A stretch of 64,000 nucleotides of DNA from Carcharhinus amblyrhynchos (GCA_965287045.1 OZ336872.1:120032001-120096000), one strand, 5' to 3'; counted from the first letter of the stretch, positions 24,026-37,774 are shown. Made by a program: numbers and translations. Notes: generated by a model from the sequence alone, not told the origin.

Positions 24026-24510
24026 TATTTTGTTTCAGCTGCATTCGACTAGCATTTAGCTATGTGTTGCTCAAACACAGCCCCACAATCCATCCCCCTC
24101 TCTCCCTACCCCACCAATTGTAACACCGGGCTTGACGGCAGTACAGGGGACAGATATAGTAAGTTTGCTATTGGTTTTGTCATTTTATTTAGCCCTAAGG
24201 AGTGTAGAGATTGACAGGGACACCAGGACTGATATAATTACAAATGTTCGACCATAACCATTTTAACATTTAAAGAAATGTGAAGCAAATATCCCCCCAG
24301 TCATAGCCATGTTGATATTTCTTCTAAGTATATTTGTGTAACGTTTGGAGCAGGTTGCGTTTTTAAACAGTCTGACTGATGGCTGTATGTTAACATCTGC
24401 TTATATTTTATTTGTTTAACATTCAAGTTAGTTTTTTAGTGCAGCCAATAACAACTGATAAGCCATTCCTATGAGATCCAGAGACTACTAAAGGGGTCCT
24501 ACATACCTAT

Positions 24511-25610
24511 GATTTGATTTAATTTGATTTATCATTGTCGTATATATTAGCATACAGTGAAAAGTAATTTTTCTTGTGCGCTATGCAGACAAAGCATACT
24601 GTTCCTAGAGAAGGAAATGAGAGTGAAGAATGTACTTTTACAATCACAGCTAGGTGTAGAGAAAGGTCAACTTAATATGAGGTAGGTCCATTCAAAAGTC
24701 TAAAGAAGCTGTTCTTGAGTCAGTTGGTATGTTACCTCAGACTTTTGTACCATTTTTCCATTGGAAGAAGGTGGAATAAAGTATATCCGGGGTGTGTGGG
24801 GTCCTTGGTTATGCTGGCTGCTTTCCTGAGGCAGTGGGAAGTGTAAACAGAGTCAATGGATGGGAAACTGGCTTGAGGGATGGACTGGGCTACTTTCACA
24901 ATCCTTTGTAGTTTCTTGCAGTCTTGGGCAGAGCAAGACCCTTACCAAGCTGTGATACAACCAGAAAGAATGCTTTCTATGGTGCATCTGTAAAAGTTGG
25001 TGAGAGATCTGGCAGACATGCCAAATTTCCTTAGCCTCCTGAGGACGTAGAGGTGTTGGTGAGCTTTCTTAACTATAGCGTCAGCATGTGGGGACCAGGA
25101 CAGGTTGTTGGTGATCTGGACACCTAGAAACTTGAAGATCTCGACCATTTCCACTTTAACTCCATTGTTATAGACAGGGGCATGTCCTCCACTACGCTTC
25201 CTGAAGTCGATTACTATCTCCTTCATTTTACTGACATTGAGGGAGAGATTATTGTCATTGCACCAGTTCACCAGATTCTCTATCTCTTTCCTGTATTCCG
25301 TCTCTTCATTGTTTGCCATCCAATCCACTATGGTGGTGTCATCAGCAAACTTGAAAATCAAGTTGAAGGGGAATTCGGCCACACTGACATAGGCGTATAA
25401 GGAATATAGTAAGGGGCTGAGGAGACTGCCTTGTGGGACACCGGTGCGGAGGATGTTCATGGAGGAGACATTGTTGCTTATCCTTACTGATTGCAGTTTG
25501 TGGGTTAGGAAGTCTAGGATCCAGTCACAGAAGGAGGAGCCAAGCCCTGGATCATGGAGTTTGGAGATGAGGTTCTGTTGGAACAATGGTGTTGGAGGCT
25601 GAGCGGTAAC
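24511..25610 (-). mobile_element. Rex1/Babar RT fragment with 214-aa open frame and 3' tail
   Basis: WILDFLT..GVPQGSLLSPLLYSLY..FKFADDTTIV..KKAHQHLYVLRRLRKFG..FYRCTIESILSGCITAW. Confidence 0.95.
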
Positions 25611-27027
25611 TCCTATAAGAGTCTGATATTGGTGATGTTTGTAGCATTAATTGCAGCATAAGGCACCTCATTTTAAAATAATATTTGTGATGGTAGGGGT
25701 TTGTTATAGGAGTATCTGAGTGAATGACTTAAATGGTATTGCAATGGTAGAAACTCCTTTCGAAGAGTTCCATAATAAGGGCAATTTACAAATCAAATTG
25801 TTTTAACGCTATGTGCAGCTTTTCAAGGACAATTTGAGATGAGCAACAAATGCTGGCCTCTCTATCGACACTCACATCTTCATGAAATAATTAAAAGAAG
25901 TAATAGGGCATCTTGGCTTGGATGGCTGTCTTCTCATTTTCAGCAGGAAGTTAGAATGTTGGTAATGGTTTTCATAGTGTCAGGAAAACAGCAATTACGG
26001 GTCATTATTGGTTGGCATATCCAATTTATAGCAGCCTGCGACAGCTCCTGAGAAGTGAAATGGGACGCTCATTAAACGGTTTCCAGTTCCCATGCAAAAA
26101 GAAATGAGCCAAATAACTTGGCAAATCCAGCAAATGAATAGCAATATGCTATCTGTTTCTATCATGGCTTCCCCAGTCCAGTGAGGAGAAACAGAACGAA
26201 TCAGTGGTTAAAGAAAACCCGGCTATCACTCATTTCCAGCTAAGGAAAGCTTCAATAAGATAAAATTCATCATGCGTCAGTCTGACTGATAGCTAGTCGC
26301 ATTGATGGAACTATCATGTCAATCTACATTGTTTGAAAGGTTACATATACATATGTATGACAATTGCAAAATAAAATATATTGTCTGCTATGGAACAAGG
26401 TGTCCTCTCTTTATTACACAAGCATCCACGACCATTACCTGCTACCTCACGGTTAATTAAACAGATAAATAACAGAAGGGGCAAAGGCAGAATTAGTTAA
26501 ACAAATTTTAAAAGTTTGCTAATATATATTATGTTGTCTTTCCTTTATTCCCATAACACCATTTGAATATTTTCCTTACAACTAAATCTGCTTATTCCCC
26601 TTTTCTTTGAAGTTGCCTTAGGTGTCTATTTATCTGAGATTAAACAACTCGTATGCTTACTGTCACATCCAAGCTTATTAACAACCTTCCAATCTATTTT
26701 TCTGGTGCAATCTAAATACGTTATATTCATGTGATGTTCATCCTTAGGCTTTGGAAAATGTCACTTCTGCATCCACCATCTCTCTCCACAGACAATTGTC
26801 AAGCTACAGTACTGTGTTCCCCAAGCCCTTTCTGTTTGTGCTGAACATTTGCATACAATTCTACATGGCCACGTAACAGTTCATTGACTTTACTCCAGTA
26901 CTTTCTTTTGATACATATATTCCATGATCAACCACAGGAGCCATAGATAAACCTTGAAACTAGTTGCATTGCACAGTTGTGTGTATAATAACCAAAAGCT
27001 GAAGAGTGAAACTCACAGGCTGTGAGT

Positions 27028-27320
27028 GCTGTGGTTAGCACTGCTGCCTCACAGTGCCAGGGACTTGCATTCGATCCCTGGCTTGGGTCACTGTCTGTGC
27101 AGAGTCTGCATGCTGTCCTCGTGCCTGCGTGTGTTTCCTCTGGGTGCCCTGGCATCTTCCAATAGTCCGAAATTCATGTGGGTTAGGTGCTTTGGCCATG
27201 CTAAATTCTCCCTCAGCGTACCCAAACAGGCGCTGGAGGGTGGCGACTAGGGGATTCTTGCAGTAATGTCATTGTAGCATTAATGTAAGCCTACTTTTGA
27301 CACTAATAAATAAACTTAAA
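27028..27320 (+). mobile_element. V-SINE, tail B
   Basis: Head, core and tail B. Confidence 0.93.
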
Positions 27321-27404
27321 TAATGTCAAGTTTTATTTAATAATAGTGTCTTGGTATTGTTTACAGAGGAAATATAGGTCATCTGTTTTAATGCATCATC
27401 TAAA

Positions 27405-27532
27405 AGAGATGTAGCAGTGAGGAGGTCTCTCAACACTGCACTGGAGCAGCAGGGTGGATTCTATTCTGCTCAGATCTCTGGGGCAGGACTTGAGCCGACA
27501 ACTGTCTGACTCTGAGGCAAGAATGCTCACCT
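27405..27532 (-). mobile_element. DeuSINE (SacSINE1-like) head fragment
   Basis: Minus strand CTTGCCTCAGAGTCAGA..GGCTCAAGTCCTGCCCCAGAGA..CCAGTGCAGTGTTGAG. Confidence 0.65.
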
Positions 27533-27544
27533 CTTGAAAAAACC

Positions 27545-27648
27545 CTGCTCTGACAAAGGGTCATCCAGACTCGAAATGTTGGCTCTGATATCTCTCCACA
27601 GATGCTATCAGACCTGCTGAGATTTTCCAGCATTTTCTGTTTTTGTTT
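27545..27648 (+). mobile_element. Penelope-like terminal repeat (family A) with decayed hammerhead motif
   Basis: GCT CTGACAA A GGGTC ATCCA GACTC GAAAT GTT GGCTC followed by TCTCCACAGATGCT..GACCTGCTGAGATTTTCCAGCATTTTC. Confidence 0.8.
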
Positions 27649-28087
27649 ATCTAATAATGTTCCTGTAATATGCCTTGGCGCACATTACGATGTTAAAGGT
27701 GATGCTAGTACAAGTTGTTGTTGTTGTTCTAATCAAATATTAAGAAACTGGTTCCGTTATCTGCTCTAGTTAACCTTGACATTGACATACTTGAAATTGA
27801 AATTGAAATTTAGAGGAGATGATATTCAAAGGTAGTTTTTAAGGAGCATCTTAAAAGAGAGGTTTAGAAAATGAATTCCAGAACTTACATTCTCAGCAGC
27901 TGAAGGCACAATGGTTTGTTCTGGGATGGCCCTTCTATCCTGGACTCTAAATATGGGGCTTGATTAGAAAACTGACAAAGTCATACTCTAATTCTTGCTT
28001 AATACTTGTTTATTGGTACAGCATCTATACAAGTTCCAGGGTGGCCATGTTGTTCCAAGGCAGGATTCCAGCCTCTTGGGCTGCATG

Positions 28088-28387
28088 TAGTACAGTGGTT
28101 AGCACTGCTGCCTCGCAGCACAGGGACCTGTGTTCGATTCTTGGCTTGGATCACTGTCTGTGCGGAGTCTGCACATTCTCTCACTGTCTGCGTGGATTTA
28201 CCCCAGGGACTCCTGTTTCTTCCCACTGTCCGAAAGACATGCTGGTTAGATGCATTGGCCATGCTAAATTCTCCCTCAGTGTATACGAACGGGTGCCAGA
28301 GTGTGGCAACTTGGGGATTTTCATAGTAACTTCATTGCAGTGTTAATGTAAGCCTACTTGTGACACTAATAGACAAACTTTAAAACT
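28088..28387 (+). mobile_element. V-SINE, tail B
   Basis: Head, core and tail B. Confidence 0.93.
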
Positions 28388-28962
28388 TCCTCTGAGAGAG
28401 GGAGACAGAGAGTCTAACACACAACTAACTGATATCTGTGGTACATCATACATGAGCATATCCTATCTTGTTAACCTTTATACTATACCTGACCCAAGTA
28501 TACGATATTACTTTTGACAACAGCATGAAATTATATAATTAACTATTTGCCTCGCATTTCTGTAACTCTTCTTGTGACAATTGCAGGTTCTACCCAACTC
28601 CAATCTTTACTATTCTACCTGCCACCCCCCCACCCCTCCCCTCCCCTCCCCACCACCAAGTCACAGTCCTAGGGGATTCAAACTCCGGCTCAACCCAAAA
28701 CAACCAAATTTCTGTAATACTGTCAGGAAAAGAAGAGGTGATTTTCCAATAATGTTTCAGAAGGACTGTCCACTTTCTGTAGGCTCTAATAAGAGAGACA
28801 CAATTCTCCCTGTGTGAGGCAGTTCCACCATGGGCAATGTGAAGAATTGTTGACAACAAGACGGTCTCATCTTCTGTAATAAGGTAAATTTCCTACAGAC
28901 AATTAACTCAGGGACAAGATTGCTGTACAGGATTCTGCAGCTTCAGAAGTGCTAGAAATTTC

Positions 28963-29280
28963 ATGGCGCTGTGGTGGCACAGTGGTTAGCACACCTGCCT
29001 CACAGCACCAAGGTCCTGGGTTCGATTCCTGGCTTGGGTCACTGTCTGGGTGGAGTTTGCACATTCTCCCCCTGTCTGTGTGGGTTTTCCTCTGAGTGCT
29101 CCAGTTTTCTCTCACACTCCAAAGATGTGTGGGTTAGGTGGATTGGCCATGCTAAATTGCCCATTAGTGTCAGGGAGGCTAGCTAAGGTAAATTGAGTTA
29201 TGGGGATAGGGACTGGGTGGGATTGTGGAGGTGCAGACTCGATGGGCTAAATGGCCTCGTTCTGCACTGTATGATTCTCT
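28963..29280 (+). mobile_element. HE1-like V-SINE, tail A
   Basis: Full copy. Confidence 0.95.
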
Positions 29281-31277
29281 GAAATTCTACGCAGCTTCTG
29301 TGCTGAACTTTAACTCTGCAGGGAAGAAGATTTTTAGCTGAGGCTGAAGAATGGGTGTCAATTGACTTTTATCTCTGGCAGATGCCAGTTCTTTAGCAGT
29401 GTAATCCTCTATGAACTCTGACATGGATTCAGGCGAGGCACCTTCCCTGAAAGACAGTCTGTTATGGACAAGAGAAGATGGGCTTAGCAATATGTTGGTC
29501 ACATCAGTGAAACTAAGACCTGCCCAGCCACTAGAAACACAGTTGACTTCACTAAAAAGACAACAGGGACTTTGGAAGGTGCATCTGTCAACTGGAAAGC
29601 AGAGACATCCTCCTCAGTCTCCAAGAGATTACTCAGAACGGCCAGAGATTCTTTCTCACCACTCATAGAAATACTCAATTCAAGTTTCATGGAGATGGTT
29701 ACCTATCTGCTGCAGTGCCTTCTGTGTCCACCACCTCTGACCTTACTTCATGAAGAACTGAAAGATTCATAACTTCAGTTTCCACCCAGCATCTGGTGGA
29801 TGGTATTTCTGTGAAAGGAACAAACTTACTTTGATTGTATAAACTTCCTTAGTGCCTGAAGGCTGACAACTATGTCTACTTTGCAAGCTCTCTTTCTCTA
29901 CTCCTATTTTCCCCTTCCCTCTACTAACAGCCTATCTTGTTTCTGTGTGGCTCAGTTCACTTTCCCCAGTCATGGATCGCATACAAACTAATCATTCAAT
30001 TTTAAGAAGAAGGTCAACTACTGCATCCTTGTCTGGGAACAACTAGTTTGTACACAATCCCTGAGTTCAGCAAAACGTACTTCAACCCCACCACTCGCTG
30101 TAATCTTTCAAAACTTAAAAAACACTCTGAGAAGCACCAGAGTAGCCAGAAGAAATCAACCAACAAGTGATCTGTAAACAGTTGTGCATCCCTCTTAAGT
30201 AGCACAGGTAAGGATTTTTTCCTGCTGCTTAATATATGTTGAGCTGTGTGAGGTTAAGCGAGGATGTCAGCTTGAGAAGAGATCTCCAGAATGGCAGATC
30301 TAACATCAAATAAGTGCTGCATTGTAGATTGACATGTAGGTAAATCTAACTACACTGCATATTTCTGATAGACATTCAATATATGTGTGTTAACCCCTCT
30401 AACAAGGTGTGAAACACTTTTCATTGGAAGTGTGTGTGCATTGTTGATGCCATTTTGGAATCCTGAGGCACTTGTAGCACTCAGAAAATGGACGCTACTG
30501 AATCCTATTTTGTGCCCAGATTGCACAGAAATGAAAAACAGTCAATAGTCCTCTTATTACATTATTGTAATTAATGCTGTAATTATTTAATTTCCACAGA
30601 TATTTAAAGGTGGCCAATTGCATCCTTTTAAAAATAGATACAATTTCAACATAATCACTCATACCATTTCAATGAAAGGACCCATCCAGTTGGGAAACTT
30701 CTTCAATTTAAAGGTTCCAGAATTTGCAATTTGATTTCATCATCTTGGCAATTTGAGATTCTCAATCAGGGTGTTAAAGATTTTTTTCACATTTTGAGGA
30801 ACCAAAGTTTAGGCGCTGTTTGCTATAATCTTTCTCAGTCTGAACAAATCATACTTCCAATTGGAAGTGGAGAAGAACTCCCGCAGACAAAGTAACAGTT
30901 ATAGTGATTCACACAGATGGGAAAATACTAGAAATGAGAGGGGTAACTAGAGCACACCAATAACTCCAGGTTGATCATACTTCACTGTTGTATCATGAAA
31001 AATAGTTATGAATGATTTTCCAGTCACATCATTTACAATCTACAGAACGAGTGAATCTGAATGTCTATACTTATACAATCCAGGTCACACTTGTGTTACA
31101 CCGTTCTTCAAAGATTGAAATGTCGCGTGTGGCAATTGAACTAACATCACCAACTATGACTTCAATTTATCCTTATCAGTCTCCTCGTACGTTTAATTCA
31201 TTAATCCATTTGATTTTTAAGTACAGTTTTTTCTATGGTCATTGTTCCCCTAAACTTTCCCAATCTGTTCCTCTTTA

Positions 31278-31610
31278 ATTTTTTTTATTCATTCATGGGC
31301 AAGGACTGACCAGCATTTAGTGCCTATCCCTAGTTGCCCTTGAGGGTAGTTGAAAGTCAATCACATTATAGTGGCTCTGGAGAAACATGTAGGCCAGACC
31401 AAGTAAGGACAGCAGATTTTCTTCCCTGAAGGACATTAGTGAACAAGATGGGTTTTTCTGACAATCGACAGAGGTCATCAGTAGATTCTTAATTCCAGAT
31501 ATTATTGAATTCAAACTCCGCTATCTGCCATGGTGGGATTTGAACCCAGGTTCCCAGAACGTTAGTAGATTAATAGTCTAGCGATAATACTACTAGGCCA
31601 TCGCCTCCCT
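31278..31610 (-). mobile_element. tRNA-derived SINE family 2
   Basis: Reverse complement of 16149-16500; head GGGGAGGCGATGGCCTAGTAG. Confidence 0.92.
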
Positions 31611-32337
31611 GCTTTCTTCTCCTCTCCATGTGTTCACAGTGTTGAAATCAGGATTAATCATATGACTAAACACAACACAGATAAAGATAATGATGATCAT
31701 TTATAAGATTGGTCAGGCTGCAGTTTTGGATATCCCATTAAAGAAAAAGCAATATAAATGCGGCAAGTAGATTTACTACAAGATCCGAGGATTGTGAAGA
31801 TAGCAATATAATGAGACTCGAATGGAGAGGAATGATACAGTGAGGGTACAGCCAACGGAGTTAGAGAAAGATTGATGGCTGCACAGTCAAGGGCGGGTGG
31901 TGTGGTCTATCGGCGGTTCAAGCTGAATGATACCAAGAGCCGATGTTTTGCCAGTTCTGGTTCAAAATTGTCTTTAGACCCAAATTGCAGCAAATCATAT
32001 TTGTTCCTTGAAAACATGTTGCTAGTAACAACCTGAGCTTTCAATAGTCCAAGCTATTCAGGAAAGTCAAATAGGAGGGAATAGGAATATGTGCTGTAGA
32101 GTGGCTGACATTGGTAGAAAGAAATTTTTGATTGAGCGCAGATTACAGAAGTGCTTGACCAGTGTGGGTGGCAGCAGAGATGTAAACCAACAACTGACCA
32201 GCAGCTGCCCCGTGGCAGCTAAGTGTAGCTAAAAATAATCCAAGATTGAAGACAAATTGAAAAACTACTCACTGAACAGCATTGACCTAGTCACCATTCA
32301 TAGTAGCTTGAGAGTTGAGTCACATTTGCTTGGGCAC

Positions 32338-33361
32338 TGTATGAGAGGATATTATTAATTTTAATATTTTAGGGGTCTATTGTGTTATTCTGTGAAGCAG
32401 GTTTATGGGTCTGTCTATGTATGAAAGTACGTTAATTAAGTTGGGTACTGAATTTCTGATAGGATTGAGACATAAAAGGCATGCGGGTGTTAAATGGCAT
32501 ACAGTTACAGTGGGTATGACCAAGTGAATTTTCTTTAAGTAAACAAGCAGTGGATAGAAATTTGCATGAGGAGATAATATAAAGGTTTGGATTTTCAACT
32601 GTTAAATTTCAAAGGAGAGGAGAAGGTTTTACAATTTGGAAAAGGTTGTAAATAAATAACGAAAGATTATTAACTTTTATTTGACCTGAAATTGGAGGCA
32701 ACTGGGATAAAATAAAGCATACATATGTGAGGAAAGTTACGTTCAAAGGTTGCTAAAGGCAATGGAAATGAAGGTGAAGGAGGAAAAGGGTATTAAAGGA
32801 AAGACGTTGAGCTGTGTTGGGTGGTGGTTTTGTGAGACCTCTTACATTACAGCTTTGAGTAGGGAAAAGGCAAAAATTAAAGCAGCCATTCCAGAAAAGT
32901 GGCTGTTTTTCAGGAAGCAGGGTTTTGTTTATGAAGTTTTGTGAATTTCCATAGCAGATTTGAAGCAATTTTGAGAACACATGTGATATGTCTTTCCTAG
33001 AGCAACAGTGGAGTTGCCTTGTACTCCTACAATTGGAACTTTGTAGTTAAACATTTTTAAGGGAGTGTTGTCTAGAGGGTGTTTATTATGTGTGCCTTGT
33101 CAAATGAGGTTCATTTGAGGTATGTTCTGTGAAGCAAATTTTAATTGTGCAACTGTAATCTTGTGTGTTTATATTTTCTTCTATTTTCTTAATAAATGTT
33201 CTAATTTCATGTTTAAAATGCCAAAATATGTTACTGGAATTGTGGATTCTGAGTTCAGTAGACTATTTTACTAATTGGAATACAAAATAGAAGGTTGTGA
33301 TATGCAAGCCAGGTTTCCCTTTGGGATTTGGTTTGTGATTAACTTCTGCTGAGTCATAATA
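32338..33361 (+). mobile_element. Probable ~1-kb solo LTR (Gypsy-like)
   Basis: Starts TGTATGA, AATAAA near 33191, ends GAGTCATAATA (imperfect inverted termini TGT(T)ATGA/TCATAA(C)A). Flanks GCAC/GTAC are an imperfect 4-bp TSD. Confidence 0.5.
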
Positions 33362-33819
33362 GTACTACTTATTCTTATTTGGTAGCTATTATTCAATCCA
33401 TATTTGGAAGGTGTAAGTGGCAGACTGGGAAGTAGAAAAGTTTTCAAATATGTTCCAAATTAACTGATAGTTCACAATCTACTGCCTTTCTGAAGAGAAT
33501 ACCAATGTAATCAAGGCAAGGTTGGAATATATTGACCAGTGATTCTTTATTTCACCAGCAATCACAACTGCCAAGTTAGATCAATTTTGTGCATTTCTGG
33601 CTATTTGTGCACCCCCAGTTTTTATTGTTATACAACTGGCAGCCAATCCCTCACCTTCCTCAGCCCTAAAGTATGGAATTCACACCTCTCTATCTCTCTT
33701 TCCACTTTTAAAACACTCCTTGAAGCCGACCCCTTCCTGTTCTAATATTACTTTATGTGGCTCAGTGTAAATTTTTGTTTGATAACGTGTAAGGCACTGG
33801 GATATTTTACTATATTCAT

Positions 33820-34000
33820 GTTTTTTTTCATATTTATTGTGGGATATGGGCATCGTAGGCTGGCCAACATTTATTGCCCATCCCTAGTTGCCCTTGGAGG
33901 ACAGTTGAGAGTCAACCACATAGCTGTGGCTCTGGAGTCACATGTGAGGCCAGACCAGGTAAGGACAGCAGATTTCCTTCCCTGAAGGACATTAGTGAAA
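33820..34000 (-). mobile_element. SINE family 2, 3' half
   Basis: Matches 5738-5915. Confidence 0.88.
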
Positions 34001-34849
34001 TACAAGCCAACCTGTTAAGCAGATGGGACAACTGGAGGTATGTGTGTATCATTTTCAGTGCCATTCCACAACTATTAACATCTCTCAACTTCCCTACCAT
34101 CCCAATCCACCCTTCAATGGAACTGCGAAGAGATTGTCATTATTTTGGTACAAGCGTTAATGCATCAGGACATGCTGGCTCACTGGCCGTCTCTGGCTTC
34201 CTGAGGGAGTCCTATCTCATCTTTAGTACAGACACAGTCCTCTCTTCCTGGCTCTTCCGGCTGCCTGGCTTTATATAGGCTGAGGATTCAAATGTCTGGA
34301 ATTCCACCTCAGGTCTGGGACTGCTCCCACTTGCTGTGGGCATTCTTGTCCTGTAACACGACAGGAGCCTTGACTGACATCCCAATGGTTGCGGTTCAGG
34401 AGCATGCATGCCCATGGCAGCTGCTGAGCCCTTGCCAGGAAGTGATTCAGAAGCAGGATGTCCTGCAACTGACACAACTATGAAGGATGGGGTGGCCAGC
34501 ACACGTTCAATGCAAATGTCTCACCTTCTGATGAGTGCTGCAACCCAATCTCTGGTTTGACATCCCTGTGCACTTACACGCTTAGACAGCCTGTTGCCCC
34601 TATGAGTGCCTGTTTGCAGTGAGTAGATGGTGCACTTAATCTTGTGAAAAGCAGATCAGACAAAGTGCAGGCTGCAAAACCGAGACTCTGGGAGTTGAAG
34701 TAAGAGTGGGAGATTATTGAGAATAAATCTTAATCTTTTGCCTTTTTAAAATCTAACAAACGGCCTGTAACTGGAAGGATCAACATTTAAGTTTCTTTCA
34801 GGACCAAGGAAAGTTTAAAAAAAATCAAGCACTTCTATTCTCTTGTATT

Positions 34850-35020
34850 CAAGAGGGGACTGGATATAGTACTTGGGGCAAATGAGATCAAAGATTATTG
34901 GGAAAAAGCAGGATTAGGCTGTTAAATTGGAAGATCAGCCATGATCATAATGAATGGCAGAGTAGGCTTGAAGGACTGAATGGCCTCCTCCTGCTTCTGT
35001 CTTCTATGTTTCTATGTTTC
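34850..35020 (+). mobile_element. CR1 3' end
   Basis: GATCAGCCATGATCATAATGAATGGCAGAGTAGGCTTGAAGG..GCCTCCTCCTGCTTCT..(TTCTATG)n. Confidence 0.85.
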
Positions 35021-35109
35021 TAGCATTACAGCTGATAGGGGCCAGCAAAATAAGTAAACTGGTTAAATTATTCAACATCATCCAACGCTGTTGGGCATTT
35101 CTGTGCCAT

Positions 35110-35482
35110 ACGAACATCTACACTCCCCACTGGCTCAGAAAAACAGCCAGCATAATCAAGGTTCCCATGCACCCCACACATACTCTCTTCCATCTTCATC
35201 CATTGGGAAAATGATACAGAAGTCTGAGAACACTTACTAGCCAACTCAAGAATAGCTTCTTCCCTGCTACCATCAGACTTTTGAATGGTCCTATCATATA
35301 TCAAGCTGATCTTTCTATACACCCTACCCATGACTGTAACACTATATTCTGCACCCTATCCTTTCCGTCTCCCTTATGTACTCCATGAACAGTATGTTTT
35401 GCCTGTATAACATGCAAGAAACAATACTTTTCACTGTGTTGCAATACATGTGACAAAAGTAAATCAAATTAAATCAAATCAA
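35110..35482 (+). mobile_element. Rex1/Babar 3' end
   Basis: Homologous to 23420-23736; tail AAATCAAATTAAATCAAATC. Confidence 0.9.
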
Positions 35483-35739
35483 AGATTGTGTGTGGTCAGC
35501 CCTGCTTCCCCCTCCCCAAGCAAGAATCATTTCCATTTCTGTACCCGCCACCAAAATTAGACTCCAGAATGGAAGGTTTTGCCCTTCTTCTTGAATAGCA
35601 GTTCAGTCAACAGAACAGTTCAGACTGGCAGCATGGTTGGTGCAGGCTTGGAGAGCCGAAGGGCCTGTTCCCGTGCTGTAATTTTCTTTGTTCTTAATTT
35701 GTTCATTTAGCACTGTGGTCATACCTACGTGACATGAAA

Positions 35740-35840
35740 ACACTGCAGCGGTTCAAGAAGGCAGCTCACCACTACAAGGACAGCCAGAGAGGAGCAATAA
35801 ATGCTGGCCTTGCTAGCAATGTTCACATCCCATGAAGGAT
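35740..35840 (+). mobile_element. L2-like LINE 3' tip
   Basis: CTGCAGCGGTTCAAGAAGGCAGCTCACCAC..CAATAAATGCTGGCCTTGCTAGC. Confidence 0.75.
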
Positions 35841-36834
35841 GAAAAGAAATGCCAGCAGCAGGATGTTTAACGCTCTGCTTTCCTTGATGTGAATCCTTCT
35901 GAGGATTAACACAGGGGAAACAGCCTCAGTGAAAAACAAGACACAAATGGTGAAATATTGATATAAATTTCAAGGCACAGAATTGTACTGCCTCGCCTAC
36001 AAGTGCATGAATGTTAAAGGCATCAAACGAGCTGCTTTCAATTGCGCAGCTGGTGGAGGCAGGGAAAAAAGATATTCAGGTTTTGATCAGAGGAACTCGC
36101 GATTTGAGAGGGGCTCCTCCCATCCATCAGTGAATTGATTCTCCCTGTTCCTGTCACGCGAGGACAAAGGTGATTCCTGGGCAGGCTGCTGCTGGCATGA
36201 AAATGATGAGTCCTCCAAGTGTGTGCCGAACGTAAACAGGAGGATGAGTGAGCAATGATAAGGATAAAGGGACAGTGCAGGCTGCCGGTTCTAAATCCTT
36301 GGATAATGATCAAGGAACAGCACCCAAGAAAGGCATTGAAATTGCAGCTTTGTCTCCTATGAGGGAAGGTGATCAAAACTGGCACAGGCTGGCTCATTGA
36401 TCCGTTGCAGGTTATTCTCAGGGACTGAAAGAAATAGGCAAAGTATTCAAACAACTTGAGTGTCCCAATATTCTATTGCAAAATAGAACAGATTACTAAG
36501 ATTGTCATGAATATTTATTCCTACCTCCTGAATTTTCAGTTGTACTTGAAGTCTGAATGATGTTAAACATTGAGATATTTGCATCTGTTGTCTTTAGATC
36601 ACTTCAAATTTTATAATTACAAAAAAAAGTTGATGAAACAGCAGTCAAGGTGAGTGATTGCTGGATTGCCAAAACATGGCTACAGAAAACTCGAATTTGA
36701 GAATGAAACATTGCACGGTATAACTTATTTAGACAAAAGAGAGAGAGGACAAAAGGGAAGTGGAGACTGTATTTATTCAAGATAACATAGTGGTGGTAAA
36801 AGAAAAGGGTGCAGCAATCAGGAAGACAAAAATA

Positions 36835-36948
36835 GAGCCTGGAATTCTCTGGAAGTTTAACAGACGTATTGCGGAGAATGTGAAACGTCATCGACAGTCG
36901 GGCAAGAATTTTCGGCTTTTAGACCAGCGTGGCCGGAGAATTCCGCCC
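36835..36948. mobile_element. Harbinger-like MITE variant
   Basis: GGAATTCTC..GGGCAAGAATTTTCGG..CCGGAGAATTCCGCCC; same three-repeat architecture as 21897 and 42031. Confidence 0.6.
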
Positions 36949-37774
36949 AGAATTTGTGGCCAGAGTTTCACCTTCCTCAGACAGGCACGTGCCTCACCTG
37001 TGTGTGAGATCACACAAAAAGACGCTGGACGCTCACCCCAGTGTCATCGTGTACCCCGTGCAATATTTTGGCTGATGGCATACACAAAGCGCAGCTGCCG
37101 ACAATAAAGGAGGAAATTTAGCCCATTAAGATGCCAATTGAACGCAATTTAATATCGGCTTTTAGGGTTGGCAAGCGAACCGATTAGCCAGGCAACCACT
37201 GCGTTTTATCTGCAACTTTGATCCAGGGTGGGGATAAGACCATAAGATATAGGAGCAGAATTAGGTCATTCGGCCCATCAATGAACTGTCAGGGCTGAAA
37301 GAACATTTACAAAGGTGTTGAGATCTGTGCTTGAATGTGCTGCTCTGATGCTTTTTGCAGCATTTTTCCAATGCAATTTATCTTTTTGTAAGTCCTGGGC
37401 TCCCTGAGACAACCAGAGCAGCTGTTTCCTCAGAGGGGGCAGGTTAGAATCACTAGCATGCCCCCATCCCTCCCTCCCCGGCAGTGTTGAGCCTTTCCCA
37501 GTGTGTGTTACACACTGGCTGCTCATTAATTCACCAGCCAGTGTGAAATTATATTCCAGGGCTGCTCAAGGCTGGGAGCATACTTTATACCCCTGTCCAT
37601 GCCCAACACGCACACACGCCCAGTGGGTGAAACATTCAGGCCTATGTATATCAAGATAAAAGGTAATAAAGGGTCAATCACATTAACAGGTGTAATCTAC
37701 AGATATTCTATCAGTAGAATGGAGGTGGAGGAAGAAATATACAGATAAATTTCGAGAGTTTGTGAAAATCATAC

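Noticed and set aside
24942-25586. 214-aa RT ORF as a functional gene
   Set aside because: 5'-truncated Rex1 fragment ending in a premature stop; no endonuclease and an incomplete RT.
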